DNA from: Camelus dromedarius
Lineage: Eukaryota
NCBI RefSeq assembly: GCF_036321535.1
Contig: NC_087437.1
Coordinates: 57,290,001-57,354,000 of the forward strand
Reading direction: 5' to 3'
DNA: 64,000 nucleotides
In this document: positions 26,545 to 38,544 of the stretch, in pieces
Numbering within the stretch: the first letter of the stretch is position 1
Layout: every line of letters begins with the position of its first letter
Program-made: the position numbers and the translations under genes
The notes under the pieces: model-generated
Told to the model about the DNA's origin: nothing
The model's input: the letters and a program-made list of their open reading frames with translations, nothing else
Database searches by the model: none

Positions 26545-27487
26545 AACAGATTTAATGAAGTATAATTAACATATATTAAACTGCACATATTTAAATTGTA
26601 TCATTTGGTATGCTTTGATGTATGTCATACCTATGAAACCATCACCACCATGAGGATAGTAAACCATTTATCATCTCAAAGGTTTCCTCATTCCCCCATC
26701 TAACTTCTCCCCCCGCCTCTCCTCAACTTGAGGCCCCAGCTAATTATTGATCTGCCTTCTGTCATTATGGATTGGTTGGCATTGTCTAGAGGTTTTCATA
26801 AGTAGAATCACATAGTATGTACTCTGTACAGTCTGACTTCTTTTTTGTTCAGCGTAATTATTTTGAGATTTATCCCAGTTGTTGAAAGGATCAATAGCTC
26901 ATTCATTTTTAATGTGAAGTAATATTCCATGGTATTAATATACCACAATTTGTTCATCTATCTACTTGCTAAGAAGACAAAGTCCACAGTAGATATTTTT
27001 TTAATCAATCACTAATTGAACTCCTACTATGGCCAGACACAAGGCTAGTCACTAAGTTGGGGCAGTGAACAAGACACACAAGCCGCCTGCCCTTGTGGAA
27101 TTTATAGTTTTACCCGAGAGAAATAAGGCACATGTCCATACAAAGACTTTCGTACAAATGGTCATAACAGCTTTATTGGTCATTATTGTTTACAAAGAAT
27201 AAGTAGAATGGCCAGATCATACGATAGGGTTTAAGAAACTGCCAAACTGTTTTCCAGTGTAATTGTACCATTTTACACTCCCACCAGCAGTATATGAGAC
27301 TACCAACTTTAACACGTCCTCACTAACATCTCGTAGGGACAGTAATTTTAATTGTAGTCACCCTAACTGGTGTGCAGTATAGTCTCGCCATGGTTTTCAT
27401 TTACATTTCCCTAATGACTAATGATGTTGAGCACCTTTCCATGTGCTTACCTACCATCTGTATATATTCTTTGGTAGAGAGTCTATT
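26545..27487 (-). mobile_element. LINE-1 3' end (L1MB8/L1MD-like) with internal rearrangement
   Basis: gaagtataattaacatatattaaactgcacatattta...cccaccagcagtatatgaga...catttccctaatgactaatgatgttgagcacctt. Confidence 0.85.
26995..27109 (-). mobile_element. LINE-2 3' terminal fragment inside the L1
   Basis: taattgaactcctactatggccagacac...gcagtgaacaagacacac...cctgcccttgtggaatttatagt. Confidence 0.7.
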
Positions 27488-27489
27488 AA

Positions 27490-28328
27490 TCTCCTTTACT
27501 GCTAACTCTAATATCTGTGACAGATCTGAGTCAGTTTTTATTGATTGATCTTCTCTTTACTATGGATTATGTTTTCCTGCTTCTTTGTATGCCTGGTAAC
27601 TTATAATGCATGTCAGTCATTGTGAACTTTACTTTGCTAGGCATTTTTGTATTCTTATAAATATTCTTGAGCTTTGTTCTGAGGTGCAGTTAAGATATTC
27701 AGGAACATTTTAATCCTTTAGAATCTTGCTTTTATGATTTGCTAGTTGGATCCTGAGCAATATTCAGTCTAGGCTAATTATTCCCATTACTGAGGCAGTA
27801 CTTTTCTGAGTACTTTACCCAGTGCCCCACTTCATTACGAGTTTTTCTAATCTGGCTGGTGAAAACAGTTACTAGTCTGTTTGACCTAGGGTTTTGTTGT
27901 CTCTAGTTTTTTTTGGTTATATCATTCACCAGCCTCCAGCAGTTTTCTCACCTACATGCAGTGATCATTAGTCTACTTAACTCAAAGGGAACGCCCTACA
28001 GAGCTCAAAGCTCTGTCTCTATACAAACTGCTCTCCTCCATTACTCTGCCCTGAGCACTCTCATGCCCCGTACTCGCAGCTCCATTTCCTCTACTCAGAT
28101 ATTCTGCACACTCTGCCCTGGTTCCCCTTCCCTGAGCCAAATCCTAGAAACTTCCTCCATGTGCCAGCTGGGGGTTGTCGCAGGTTCTCTCAGGAATTAC
28201 TGTCCTCAGTTACCTGATGTCCAGTGTCTTAAGAACTGTTTTTTTATATATTTGTCTGTTTTTCAGATTGTTTCTGGTAGGAAGGTAAGTCAGCTTCCTG
28301 ACACTTCATCTTGGCTGGAAGTAGACGA
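27490..28328 (-). mobile_element. LINE-1 5' region (L1MC4a/L1M5-like)
   Basis: ttttcctgcttctttgtatgcctggtaa...ttcttgagctttgttctgaggtgcagttaag...catcttggctggaagtaga. Confidence 0.75.
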
Positions 28329-29554
28329 TGCTTTGACTCAGTCTTTAAATTCCTGCTATCATTCTTCTCTATTAAAAAAAGAAAATCTGACTCTTTAATT
28401 TATACCTTTTTTTATGCCTTAGGGGAAAGATCAACGATGTCCATTTTTCATATCTGTAAATATTTCAAATGAGTGCTGTTTTCAGGTCAACCTAAGTTCA
28501 ATCATTAACATTTCCATGACCATAAATCAATTAGTTAACTTTTTATTTTAATTTAAAATACTATTGAGGTATCTTATGGACTCACTTAATACCACATCAC
28601 TAAAGTTATTCCAGGGGGAAAAATTAATTTTTAATCATTATTTTTTTGGACATTGTAATAGAAAGTTATTTGCCTTAACTGATTTTTAATATATTCACAA
28701 GATTATCATATTTGTCCAAATAATCCAAGATGTAAGACCCCACACATCCAGCATTACTTTGTAGTTAAATAGTAAACTAGATTTATAGGGATTTCTAGGT
28801 TATATGGCCAGGGAATTTGGTAGAGCTCTGCCCTTGATCCTATCAAAACACACATATTAAGAGAAACAAAGAAAAGAGCAACAGAACTATAAGCTAAATA
28901 TGGAAGAAAACATATGCCAAAATCCAGAGGGATTTTACCCTAATTACATTAATTATGAGGAAAAGTTTAGAAATGCTATCATAAACTAGTAACCATATGC
29001 TCTGTCTTCTGATAGAAAATTGTATGAACAGCATCAAAGAAGTTAGAAAAAGACATTCATTAGATTCTATTGTTCCCATAATTCTGGGATGGGAAGGCTT
29101 AACTAACCCAAGAAATAAACTGCAGTTCTCTAATTGCATAGGAACTCTCTAATGAGCACAGGAGCTCTCTAATGAGCTCATTTCCCACCTACTTCCCTTA
29201 CATTCATCATCTTCTCTTTCAAAATCCCAGTAGAGACTTCAACTGTCAAAAAAAAAAAATGCTGAACATAGAAATACATGGAAGGTGGTACATTGAATCT
29301 TGGAACACAGAACTCAAAAAAAAAAAAAATCTTGTAAACTGGGTCATTGACAGAAGGAATTATAGATGCAAGGCTTACCAAGAAATATAGTTGAGGGTCT
29401 TGAGTCCAAGTTCCAAGTGTCTGTTTTTATACCCGATTCCATTTACAAGCCACAGTTTGTATTTCTTTGTCTTCTCTATGTCGCTTTCTTCATTTAATAA
29501 GAGTTTGAAAAGTTCAGCACAGGATAGTAAGCATTCAGGAACTGTTAATTAAGG

Positions 29555-29622
29555 TCATTGTCACCATCATCATGATCATTATCATCACTATCATCATCAT
29601 TCCCTTTATTATTCTATCATGA
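29555..29622. repeat. Degenerate (ATC)n microsatellite
   Basis: catcatcatgatcattatcatcactatcatcatcatt. Confidence 0.85.
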
Positions 29623-29929
29623 TTTCCATCGTATCAGTCCCTTTGTATTGTTGTATAGAAAAAATTAATAGCAAAAATTTAGCTTAGTAAGAGAAGGAAT
29701 ATGATGAAACCTAAAACATAGGACATTAGATTCAAAGCCCTAGTTAATAATGTAAATGTGCAATTACCTGGACTATTTGTTTTGTATATCTTCCTCAGAA
29801 ACCTGTTGTAATAGTGCAGTTTCAGATGTCTCCTCTAAGAAGATACAGCTAACAATGCTATAAAGAGATGTAATATGATTTAACTATTTCTCATTTAAAT
29901 GCTGAGTGAATTGGAACTAGAAGGATGTT

Positions 29930-31435
29930 TTATTCATGTAATAAGGGATGTCTCTCATTCTGAATTCCAGTGCCAATATTATACTTAACAGAGAAACACT
30001 GGTGACACACCCTTAAGTCTGAAATAAACAGTAGTAAGACAAGATCTCTAGCTGTTGGAAAGAGAGACACTATCATTGCTCTCCAAAAATAATTTCTTTT
30101 ACTTCAAAACCCTAGAATTTCTTATGGGAAGCCCTTGGAATTAATACGGGACATAAATAATATACAGACTTAGATAAAAGTAAATCTCTGGTGCATTGAG
30201 GTTTGAAAATTAAACTGCTTAACTAAAAGAAAATATAGACTAACTTTTCCTAAAACTGAGGAAACACATTCTAAACATAAGGTAAATAGGAAACGTCATT
30301 AAGGATAGGATTCAAGCATTTTTTTATATTGAGACATTTTAAAAATACGTATCATAAAACAAAAAAGAAAACAAATTAGAAAATGAAATGATTGAAACAC
30401 TTACTGTGTAAGAGGGCTAACTTTCTTGGTACTTAGGGAATTAAAAAAAATTCATAGGAATGAAAGTATTCCTCTATATCAATGGGAAAGGCATGGATTT
30501 CTGGTTTATAAAAGAAAGAGCTGTTAATACATATGTGAAAATAAATAATCATTGAAATAATTAAAAATGAAAAAAGAATATATTTACTTATGATATTAGC
30601 AAATATTTTAGAAAATATATAAATTAATATTCACAAGTGTATGCTATTAGTACAACACACTCATACATTGTTACTGATACTTATCAAGCATTTTGTTGCA
30701 TTAAGTCTTTTGCATATAGCATATTTGTATAAGTTATATTAACCTATTAAATATTCACAACAATTTTAGAATGTAGGTACTTATTAGCATCACTTTACAA
30801 TAAATAAATAAATATAGAGGCACATAGCAATTAAGAACTTGTCCAAGCACACAGTTAGCTAGAGGTAAATCAGGGCTATAATTCTTGTGGTCTGATTAAT
30901 GATTCCACCTAGGTAATTACAATACTATGCTGATAATCCATACAAATTTTTCTGAAAAGTGTTTTTCAGCCCATTGTATCAAAGATCTTAAAAAATACAT
31001 ATTCTTTGACCTCTTAATTTAATTTCTAGATTTATTACCCATGCATTCAAAACTATGAACAAAGGCTTAAGCTTAGAGATGACTAACACAACATTATTTA
31101 CTAAAAAGTAAAAACAAATGTCTATTATTAGAATTGTTAGGTAGATTATGATATATAATTTATGAAATATTATCTAATTACCAATGTGTATTCATACAAA
31201 ATTTCAGTATTACAGAAAGTGTTTGTGATAAATATGACAAAATGAAAAACAAAAATGTTGGAAGCAAAGGAAAACATAAAAAACACAAAACAGAATAATT
31301 ATTATCTTGGATTAAAGAAGGAATTTATAAATTCTATCTAAGTTAAACATCGGGTTCTTCACCTTACTACTATTATTTACATTTCTCACCTATGCTATAA
31401 ACATTCATTTGTATTTATTAAATGTTTTATAAAAA
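29930..31435 (+). mobile_element. Highly decayed L1ME fragments
   Basis: A-rich ORF2/3' remnants such as tatacttaacagagaaacactgg and aaaatacatattctttgacctcttaatttaatttctaga. Confidence 0.55.
30680..30930 (-). mobile_element. MIR
   Basis: gaggcacatagcaattaagaacttgtccaagcacacagttagcta. Confidence 0.75.
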
Positions 31436-32634
31436 GAGTTTAAAGGCAAAAATACAATATAAAGGAATACATTGAGTATGATAAAAATATGAGTATTTTT
31501 ATGCTCCATTAAAAAAAAGAAATAGCTTCATGGGATTCCTCTTGATAGTTACATTATAGTGCTTTTTATTGTTCCATAACCCAGTTTATTTTCCCAATTA
31601 TTTGTATTGAATGTATCAGATTTCCAGTTTCTGATCATGGCAACTAGTCTATCATTGAAAACAATAAAAAAGCCACAAAGAGCTGAAAATACAGGGAAAA
31701 AAGTGACCATGCTGGAACCTAAGAGAAAAGGAAAAACTAAAGTGGTAGGCTGAGGCTGGAAGATGCTTTTACTTTGAGGGCACTTATATAACCTGGCAAG
31801 AAACTGACTTTTGCAGCAAGAAGGACAGAGGTCAAAGCCAAGATTTACCGAAATTGGGATTTCTGATAGGCAGTCCCCTAAGTGACAAAATTATGAACAA
31901 ACATGAATCAGAAAAAAAAAAATCCAACCCATCTAACTCAAGTACACAGCATTGTGGAGGGTTGCTTTGGTACGCACGCATCACCTCAGTCCCGGAAAAA
32001 TGGTATGACTTCAAGGTAAAGAAGCAAGTCAGGAGCTGAGGTGGTTCTTGAACCCAAGTCTTGCTATTTTAATTTTAATGTTGTCTGCATAAACCAAATT
32101 GTGGAAGATTATAGAGTATTTTATGGGTTTTACTTTTTATTTCATATCTCCTACAATGGCATTTCCTGTTCCAGATGGATACAGTATAGCTCAATGCTGA
32201 AATAATATCTTCAGAGACCGCATAAGTGGATGTCTGTGAAAGAATGGCAGTAATGACAAGAGTGTTATTAATCTTAATGGCACCTGGATGCTTTTTTCCT
32301 ACCTACTTCCTTGTACAATAAATAAAGTCTTCTATCGCTGAGAAAGAGAATTTTAAAAATATTTTATAGACCAAAGAATATCCTTCCAAACTAGGGAAGG
32401 GACTTTATGTAATGAATTCCCACTAGCTCTCTCCCAGCTATCTAGCTAGCAATGTCTTTTCTAAAATGTCAGGTTTAGTGTAAATTATATTCCTCTCATA
32501 ATGATAGACATGGTCTTTTGAACCTACAAAAAAAGCTAAGGAATACATCTGCAAAGACTCATGCATAATTAATTTAGGAAGATAAAACTTAAGTTCTTGA
32601 GATGACCATGGTTCATAGGTCTCTCTATTTAGGC

Positions 32635-32844
32635 CAGTGATTCTCAATGGAAAGGATGAGAAGGTTTTGTCCCCCAGAGGCAATCTGACAATATGTGGAG
32701 ATATTCCTGGGTGTCAATACTGGGGATGTGATAATGGCAGAGGCCAAGGATGTTGTTCAACTTCCTGCAATGCACCATATAATTTCCTACAACAAATAAC
32801 TTTCTGTTCAAATATGTCATTAGTGCTGAAGCTGAGAAACCCTG
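32635..32844 (+). mobile_element. MER20 (hAT-Charlie MITE)
   Basis: TIRs cagtgattctca / tgagaaaccctg; 8-bp TSD atttaggc (32627-32634)/ctttaggc (32845-32852). Confidence 0.9.
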
Positions 32845-33134
32845 CTTTAGGCTAAGTTTATTACTGACGGTTTTCTTCAGGCTAAAGTTAATAGAAGCCA
32901 TTTAAGATGATTTTGTTTTATTTTACTTACTTTCAAGTCCTTACGGCTCCCTTTAGAGGAACTTTCCTAGAATCATCTTTTGGTCAAATCTTGGTCTCTT
33001 TCATTACTCTTTATTTTCCATTCCCCACAGAAGAGAGGTGATTTTCTGATTCACAAGTTTGGAAGAAGGAACTGAACATACTTATTTCAGCTCTACCATC
33101 CCTCCTTTTCAGACACAGAGTGCCCACAGATGTA

Positions 33135-33150
33135 TGTGTGTGTGTGGATG

Positions 33151-33193
<43 letters not shown>
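33135..33193. repeat. Compound microsatellite (TG)6...(GATA)10
   Basis: Perfect (GATA)10 at 33151-33190. Confidence 0.97.
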
Positions 33194-33199
33194 GACAGA

Positions 33200-33266
33200 T
33201 AGATATATTCTAGGCATTTTCTGCTTCTCCTTTTAGATATATTCTAGGCATTTTCTGCTTCTCCTT
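33200..33266. repeat. Exact tandem duplication, 33 bp x2
   Basis: tagatatattctaggcattttctgcttctcctt at 33200-33232 and 33234-33266. Confidence 0.97.
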
Positions 33267-33529
33267 GCCTGGTTACCAACATAGCCCACACAGGGAGGGG
33301 TAAAGTTATCCATTAATGGCATTGACTCAGTGTGAAAGGTTGTTGAATCCACATACAGCAAGCTGATTGGCTATAGTCTGGCTAAACCCACAAACTTCAG
33401 CCATTAAGCAGACTTGTTAATCTATATCTTTTAAATTCTTCTGTCCCATTTTCATAATTGGCTCAAAACTAAGTGAAAAAGTTTTATCATTGTATCCTCT
33501 CTACTCTTTACCACCCCTATTTTCCCAAC

Positions 33530-34075
33530 TCTTTCAACTTACCCTTCTTTATATTCACACTGCCTCCTTAATGGTTTCGTTCATCATTGTTTTATTTTCT
33601 GAGCTATTCCAATCACCCAGTTAATCTCTGCTTCTATTCCTTTCATTTCCAGTCTATCTTCATGTGCCACCATATTAATCTTCTCAGAGCACAGTTCTGA
33701 TGAGGAGAGTCTTTTAAGAGCCTTCAATTTTTCCTCTAAGTCTGTCCATAAAAATACTCAAATGTCTTAGCTTTAATTTGAAGTATCTTTCAACCTGTTC
33801 CAACTTTCTTCTCAAATCTACACTCCAATCAAATTGGAATAATCATGATTCCCCTTACGTGCTCTCTCCATGCCCACGGGTGGAGTGAATACAGTGTGAA
33901 CTTAGACTCTCCTGTGACCATAGACCAGTGACTTAGGCTCTCCCTGCCTCTGTTTTTTCATTTAAAATAAAGAACTGATTATCCCTTGCTTTCTTTCCCA
34001 CAGGCTAATTATGAGAATTTAAAAATAGATATGAATGCTGTGCCAAGTTAATGCAACTGTAAGATGATAATATAG
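33530..34075 (+). mobile_element. L2 fragment followed by MIR
   Basis: L2 text tccagtctatcttcatgtgccacc...; MIR core gtgacttaggctctccctgcctctgttttttcatttaaaata from ~33880. Confidence 0.6.
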
Positions 34076-34574
34076 TAACAAGGAAATGTACATAGCTCAA
34101 ATATGTATAGATAGGTCTCTGTAATTGGCAATGATTGGCAAGACCCCTTATTACTATTGCCTACACTTAATTTGCAAGAAGTTAATACTAAAAGATTGAA
34201 TTCTAGCATTTTATAATCATACATTTTGTCTTACATTAACTTTTTTCTTTGTTTTCACTTTTCATAGGAAAGTGAAACATTTTAAATTGTCAGTGTTTAT
34301 TAAGTGTGCATTTATAGGGTTCATGGAGATTTGGAAGTTAATACTTCCTTTAAGATGAATGTGTCTGGAGCCTTGAGCATTCACACATCAGTAAAGGGAA
34401 TAATAATGTTCTCTATTTGCATAATACATTTTCTCTGAGAGCGCAAAGGACTTTGCATATTACAAAATTGTGCAAATTAACAGTATGTATAAACCCAGAA
34501 CTAAATACAATCAAGCAAAAATTTTAATTTAAAGAAGAAAACAGGTCTGACAAAAATATTGTACATTTTTCAGT

Positions 34575-34810
34575 GATAATGATAGCTGACAATTATAAAG
34601 CAACTGCTATAAGCCATGAATTACCTTCTGGGTGGAAGGGGCCCTCAGATCCTCTCAATACCCATGCAAGTTAGTTATTATTATCCCCATTATCTCCAAT
34701 CACAAATGAATGAACTAAAAATCTAAGAGGTTGTAAAAAATGTTCAAGGCCTTCTAGGTACTAAACAATAACCCTAGAATTCATGTCTATGGCTTATTCC
34801 ATATTGCTCA
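34575..34810 (-). mobile_element. MIR
   Basis: ttattattatccccatt...cacaaatgaatgaactaaaaatctaagaggtt...ttcaaggcc. Confidence 0.6.
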
Positions 34811-36089
34811 CACACTTTCATACTCCTGCTAAATCTGTAAAATTACACATGGAATTCTCCAAAACTGTTCCTAGAATATACCTATTCAACTTTGTAACTT
34901 CTATAATGAAAGTTTCAACAGTATTTCAGCAAGTATCTCCTTATATCAGAGGGACAAGTTGAAATCCAAAAAAGTAAAATGATTATTCAGTGTCAAGTAT
35001 TAAATTTGTAGTAAGGCTAATACCAGAACCAAAGTATTCTGAAATGCAGGACAATAATTTGTATGGTTTTCTAATAGAAAAAAAACATATTTCTACCTAG
35101 ATACAAGTATAACGTGTTATGTAGTGAGCACAAAGCAAGTATTGGTGAAACTCCATTGAGCTGGAAGGTGCAAGGTAGAATGAAGCATTTCCTACATGTG
35201 AGCAATTTAGGAAGGACAGAATCTTGGATAAGGTAGGGCTCTGCAGTTGAGACAGAACAGAAGAAAGGAAGTAAAGAAGAAAGGAAGAAAGGAAAGAAGG
35301 AGGCAGGAAAGGAGGGAGGAAAAAGATACTATATATGAAAAAGATTTTAGCTAGTGAAAGATAACCTTTCTGGTAACACTCAACCCAAACCATATTATTT
35401 CCTGCCTCAAACCCAGAAAAAAATATTTTTTTCATTTTGTTGGAAGCTTATTTAACCCCTTTGCGGGTGATTCATTAAAAGAGTGATGCTGAAGCTTCTT
35501 GGATAGCTAAGCATATTTACATTTAAGGGGAATATATCTCCTCAATTTGCAGCATGGGTACAGATCTGTGCAGTAGTTACTAAGAAGAAGAAATGATGGG
35601 GTTAATAGAAATACAGTTGATAAAGTCTTGCATTTGTGACATAAAGACTTTTTTTTGTTAAACATTTTTGAGTCAATTTTGACCAAAGCTTTAGGAACCG
35701 TCCACAACTAGTGAATCATAAGGATATAACTAGTCTGATACATGTTCCTGTGATAGAGCAAAAAATAAAAAAAAAAGAAATATAAACAAAAAAGAAGAAT
35801 GTGAACCATACCATCAGGAATCAGTACTCTAAGAAATCCAAGCACAGGGCTTTTATTCTACCCTGAGATTGGATGATAATCAGTAATGAAACCGCACTGT
35901 GGTAACGGATGAGCATTATTTTTAATTTGATCTGTTATAATTGCATGTGTGTGTGGTCATTTGTTTAAAACTCATCTACACTCCATTCCTATTTGCCTGA
36001 CAGCTGTGTAGATAACAGTCTCTTTAGATTTTTAGGAAGAGAAACTGAAACAAGGAAATTCAGCATTTTAGAAGTTTATTTTATTTTCA

Positions 36090-36355
36090 TTCTTTTAATG
36101 GAGATATAATTGACATAACATTATATTCGTTTTTGTGTACAATATAATGATTTTATATATATATATATGTCTCTATATAAAAATGATTAGCAAAATAAGG
36201 TTAGTTGAGATCAATCACCACATATTAACAGATTGTTTTCTTGTGATGACAACTTTTAAGGTCGACTCTCTTAGCATCTTTCAAATGTACAATATAGTAT
36301 TGTTGACTAGAGTTAACGTCCTATACAATGCATGACCAGGACTTGTTTATTTATT
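36090..36355 (-). mobile_element. LINE-1 3' UTR, L1MA9-like
   Basis: gagatataattgacataac...ttcttgtgatgacaacttttaagg; reverse-complement homolog of 14668-15028. Confidence 0.88.
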
Positions 36356-36673
36356 AAGATTTTAATAAAAATCATAGTACATGGATGAGGCAGACTTGTG
36401 AAAACAATACAATTTGGTTTATGCACAGTGTAATTTTTCTCCAGGTATCACCCCAGATTCCTCACAGACAAGGTTTTCACCTTTATTAGGTGTTGGCCTC
36501 AGCCTAGCCGTCTGGGACTGTTCTATTAAATTGTTGCCAGGATTTTACATCTGGTTACCTCCACTTTCCAGCACATTTTCTCTACCAGTATTATCAAAAC
36601 CAATTTTTACTTCATACAGATGATTTTGCAACAGCAATGAAAGTTTTTCTTTCCAAAAAAAAAAAAAAAAATC

Positions 36674-37070
36674 TGTATCTCAGTCACAGATTGGGTTCTG
36701 GAAGCAGATGCTAAAATCGGAGACTGAGATGCAGGATGTTTTAAGGATCAAAACCTGTGAAGGAAGGTGGAGGAAACAGGACTGTGCAGAGGAAGCAAAC
36801 TAAGATGCACATGAGACAAAGCCTAGCCAGTGCAGCAGGGATTTCTGAAGGGAGCATGCCTTAAAATGTTCTCTGATTGGGTAAAAATTCCTGGGCATTT
36901 CTACCCATGCCTTGCTCAGTTATGTCCACTGGTGGCCCAGGAAAGGTGAGATGTTAGATAAGGTGGGATCTGCGATTGAGGCAGACACTGCAGGAGCTGA
37001 CAGCTAACTCCCCCAACCCCCATGCAGCTGGGTAGCAGCCCTTCCTTGAAGGGCTCTCTGTATAGTGTCA
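36674..37070 (-). mobile_element. ERVL solo LTR, LTR16-like
   Basis: gggttctggaagcaga...ggatcaaaacctgtgaaggaagg...gctgacagct...cagctggg...ccttgaaggg. Confidence 0.8.
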
Positions 37071-37094
37071 TGCAGAGATGCAGAGCCTTATTAA

Positions 37095-37203
37095 ACATGT
37101 ACATCATGCATTTTTGCATCAAAGTTTATTTTTTAAATATTGCATTAAAATATTTATCTTGGTTACCAAAAATTTTTGTCACCACCCCCCTTACATTTTG
37201 CAA
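37095..37203 (-). mobile_element. hAT MITE fragment, MER53-like
   Basis: aaatattgcattaaaatatttatcttggttac...cccccttacattttgc. Confidence 0.6.
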
Positions 37204-38319
37204 CTGTACTTCTAGCTTTCTTCATCTGCCACATTCCTTAGAGAAAGAGATGAAAAAGAACTTTCATTCCATGTGCTTTCTCTTCCAGGAGATATATTGT
37301 CTTCCAGAAGCTTTCAGGTCTAACAGGGATATAATCAACAGTTTGTTACTACAGAAAATATGGAACACAGTGTTGAACAGAAACTCAGAAAATCTCAGCT
37401 TATGTACCATTTCTACCAGCTATATAGAATAAATCATTCTACTTCTCATGCTGTCTTCCTATGGTACCTCTACCCCCAGTATTCACAGCATTTGAGGTAA
37501 TTTATAAGAGATAGATGCCAAATGGCTTAAAGAATTTAAGAGAATTTTATTGGCCACATAGCATTACCATATAAATGGGTGTCAGGCAAGATGCTGATAT
37601 AAGCCTGACTGAGAAATAAAAATTTTCACAAAGATTTTATAAGTACAAATATCAGAATAATCTCTTGATGCTTTCAAATCCCATTCAATCCATCATCAAG
37701 CCAACTCACATAATGAAAGTGGCAAGAAAAGAATTTTCTAGTACTGTCTTTTCAGGAGCTTTTTCTCCTTTAATACAATGTGATTTTCAAAGCCACAATA
37801 CATTTAACATTATATTTTAAAGCATGTAAGGGGTGCATTAGTTCCTATGAGGAAGAATGGCTATTTAAAATAAAATGAGGTTCCCTTATCATGAAGGTTC
37901 CCCTTTATCTCTTGTATTCTCATCTCTACTAAGGCTTAGCTGTTAGCCTGGAGTCAGGAAATATGTGACCTGAAGGAAGAAAATACTAGCCTGTCTTGTC
38001 AGTGGTCTAGGAAAAATCTTGAGTATACAAAAAGAGAAAAGAAAAAAGAAAAATATATCTTCTTCCTAAGAGTTTGTGGGAAAAGAAAGGATTTCATTTT
38101 GCCAGCAAAGCAGAGGGTAAGGCAGGTCTGCACATCTTTCATCTCCAAGTCGAAGTGCCAGAGGAGAAAGGTGCGTTGGAGATACTGAAGGTACAGGGGA
38201 CTCTGAAAGGAGACCACTGTGCATGTCAGTCAGAGGCCAGCCTGGAGCAACCCCAGCCAAGGGTGCCCTGCAGCATGGCACTGCTAGACAGAGAGAGGGT
38301 TTCTTTTTGGCTTTCCCAA

Positions 38320-38432
38320 CAGGGTGATCAATTGTCCTGGCTTTCATAGAATTATCCCAGTTTTAGCAATGAAATTCCCACGTGCTGGGAAATCACTCAG
38401 ATCCAGGTAAACCAAAACAATTGATCATCTTA
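38320..38432 (+). mobile_element. MER81 (hAT-Blackjack MITE)
   Basis: 113 bp; TIRs cagggtgatcaattgt / acaattgatcatctta; TSD tttcccaa (38312-38319)/tttcccag (38433-38440). Confidence 0.88.
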
Positions 38433-38544
38433 TTTCCCAGGCCACACTCATTTTCTCTGTGTAGATAGGACGCAAGATTTCTGTGTTCCCATGGAGGTCT
38501 GGTGCACAGATTACAGCTGATTTAATAGACAGTCAGAAGTCACA

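Noticed and set aside
27913..28398. Longest ORF in the window (161 aa)
   Set aside because: Lies antisense within an L1 5' region; chance open frame.
38074..38349. GC-richer 91-aa ORF with protein-like composition
   Set aside because: No recognisable family, runs into MER81, no clear acceptor/donor pair; cannot be called an exon.
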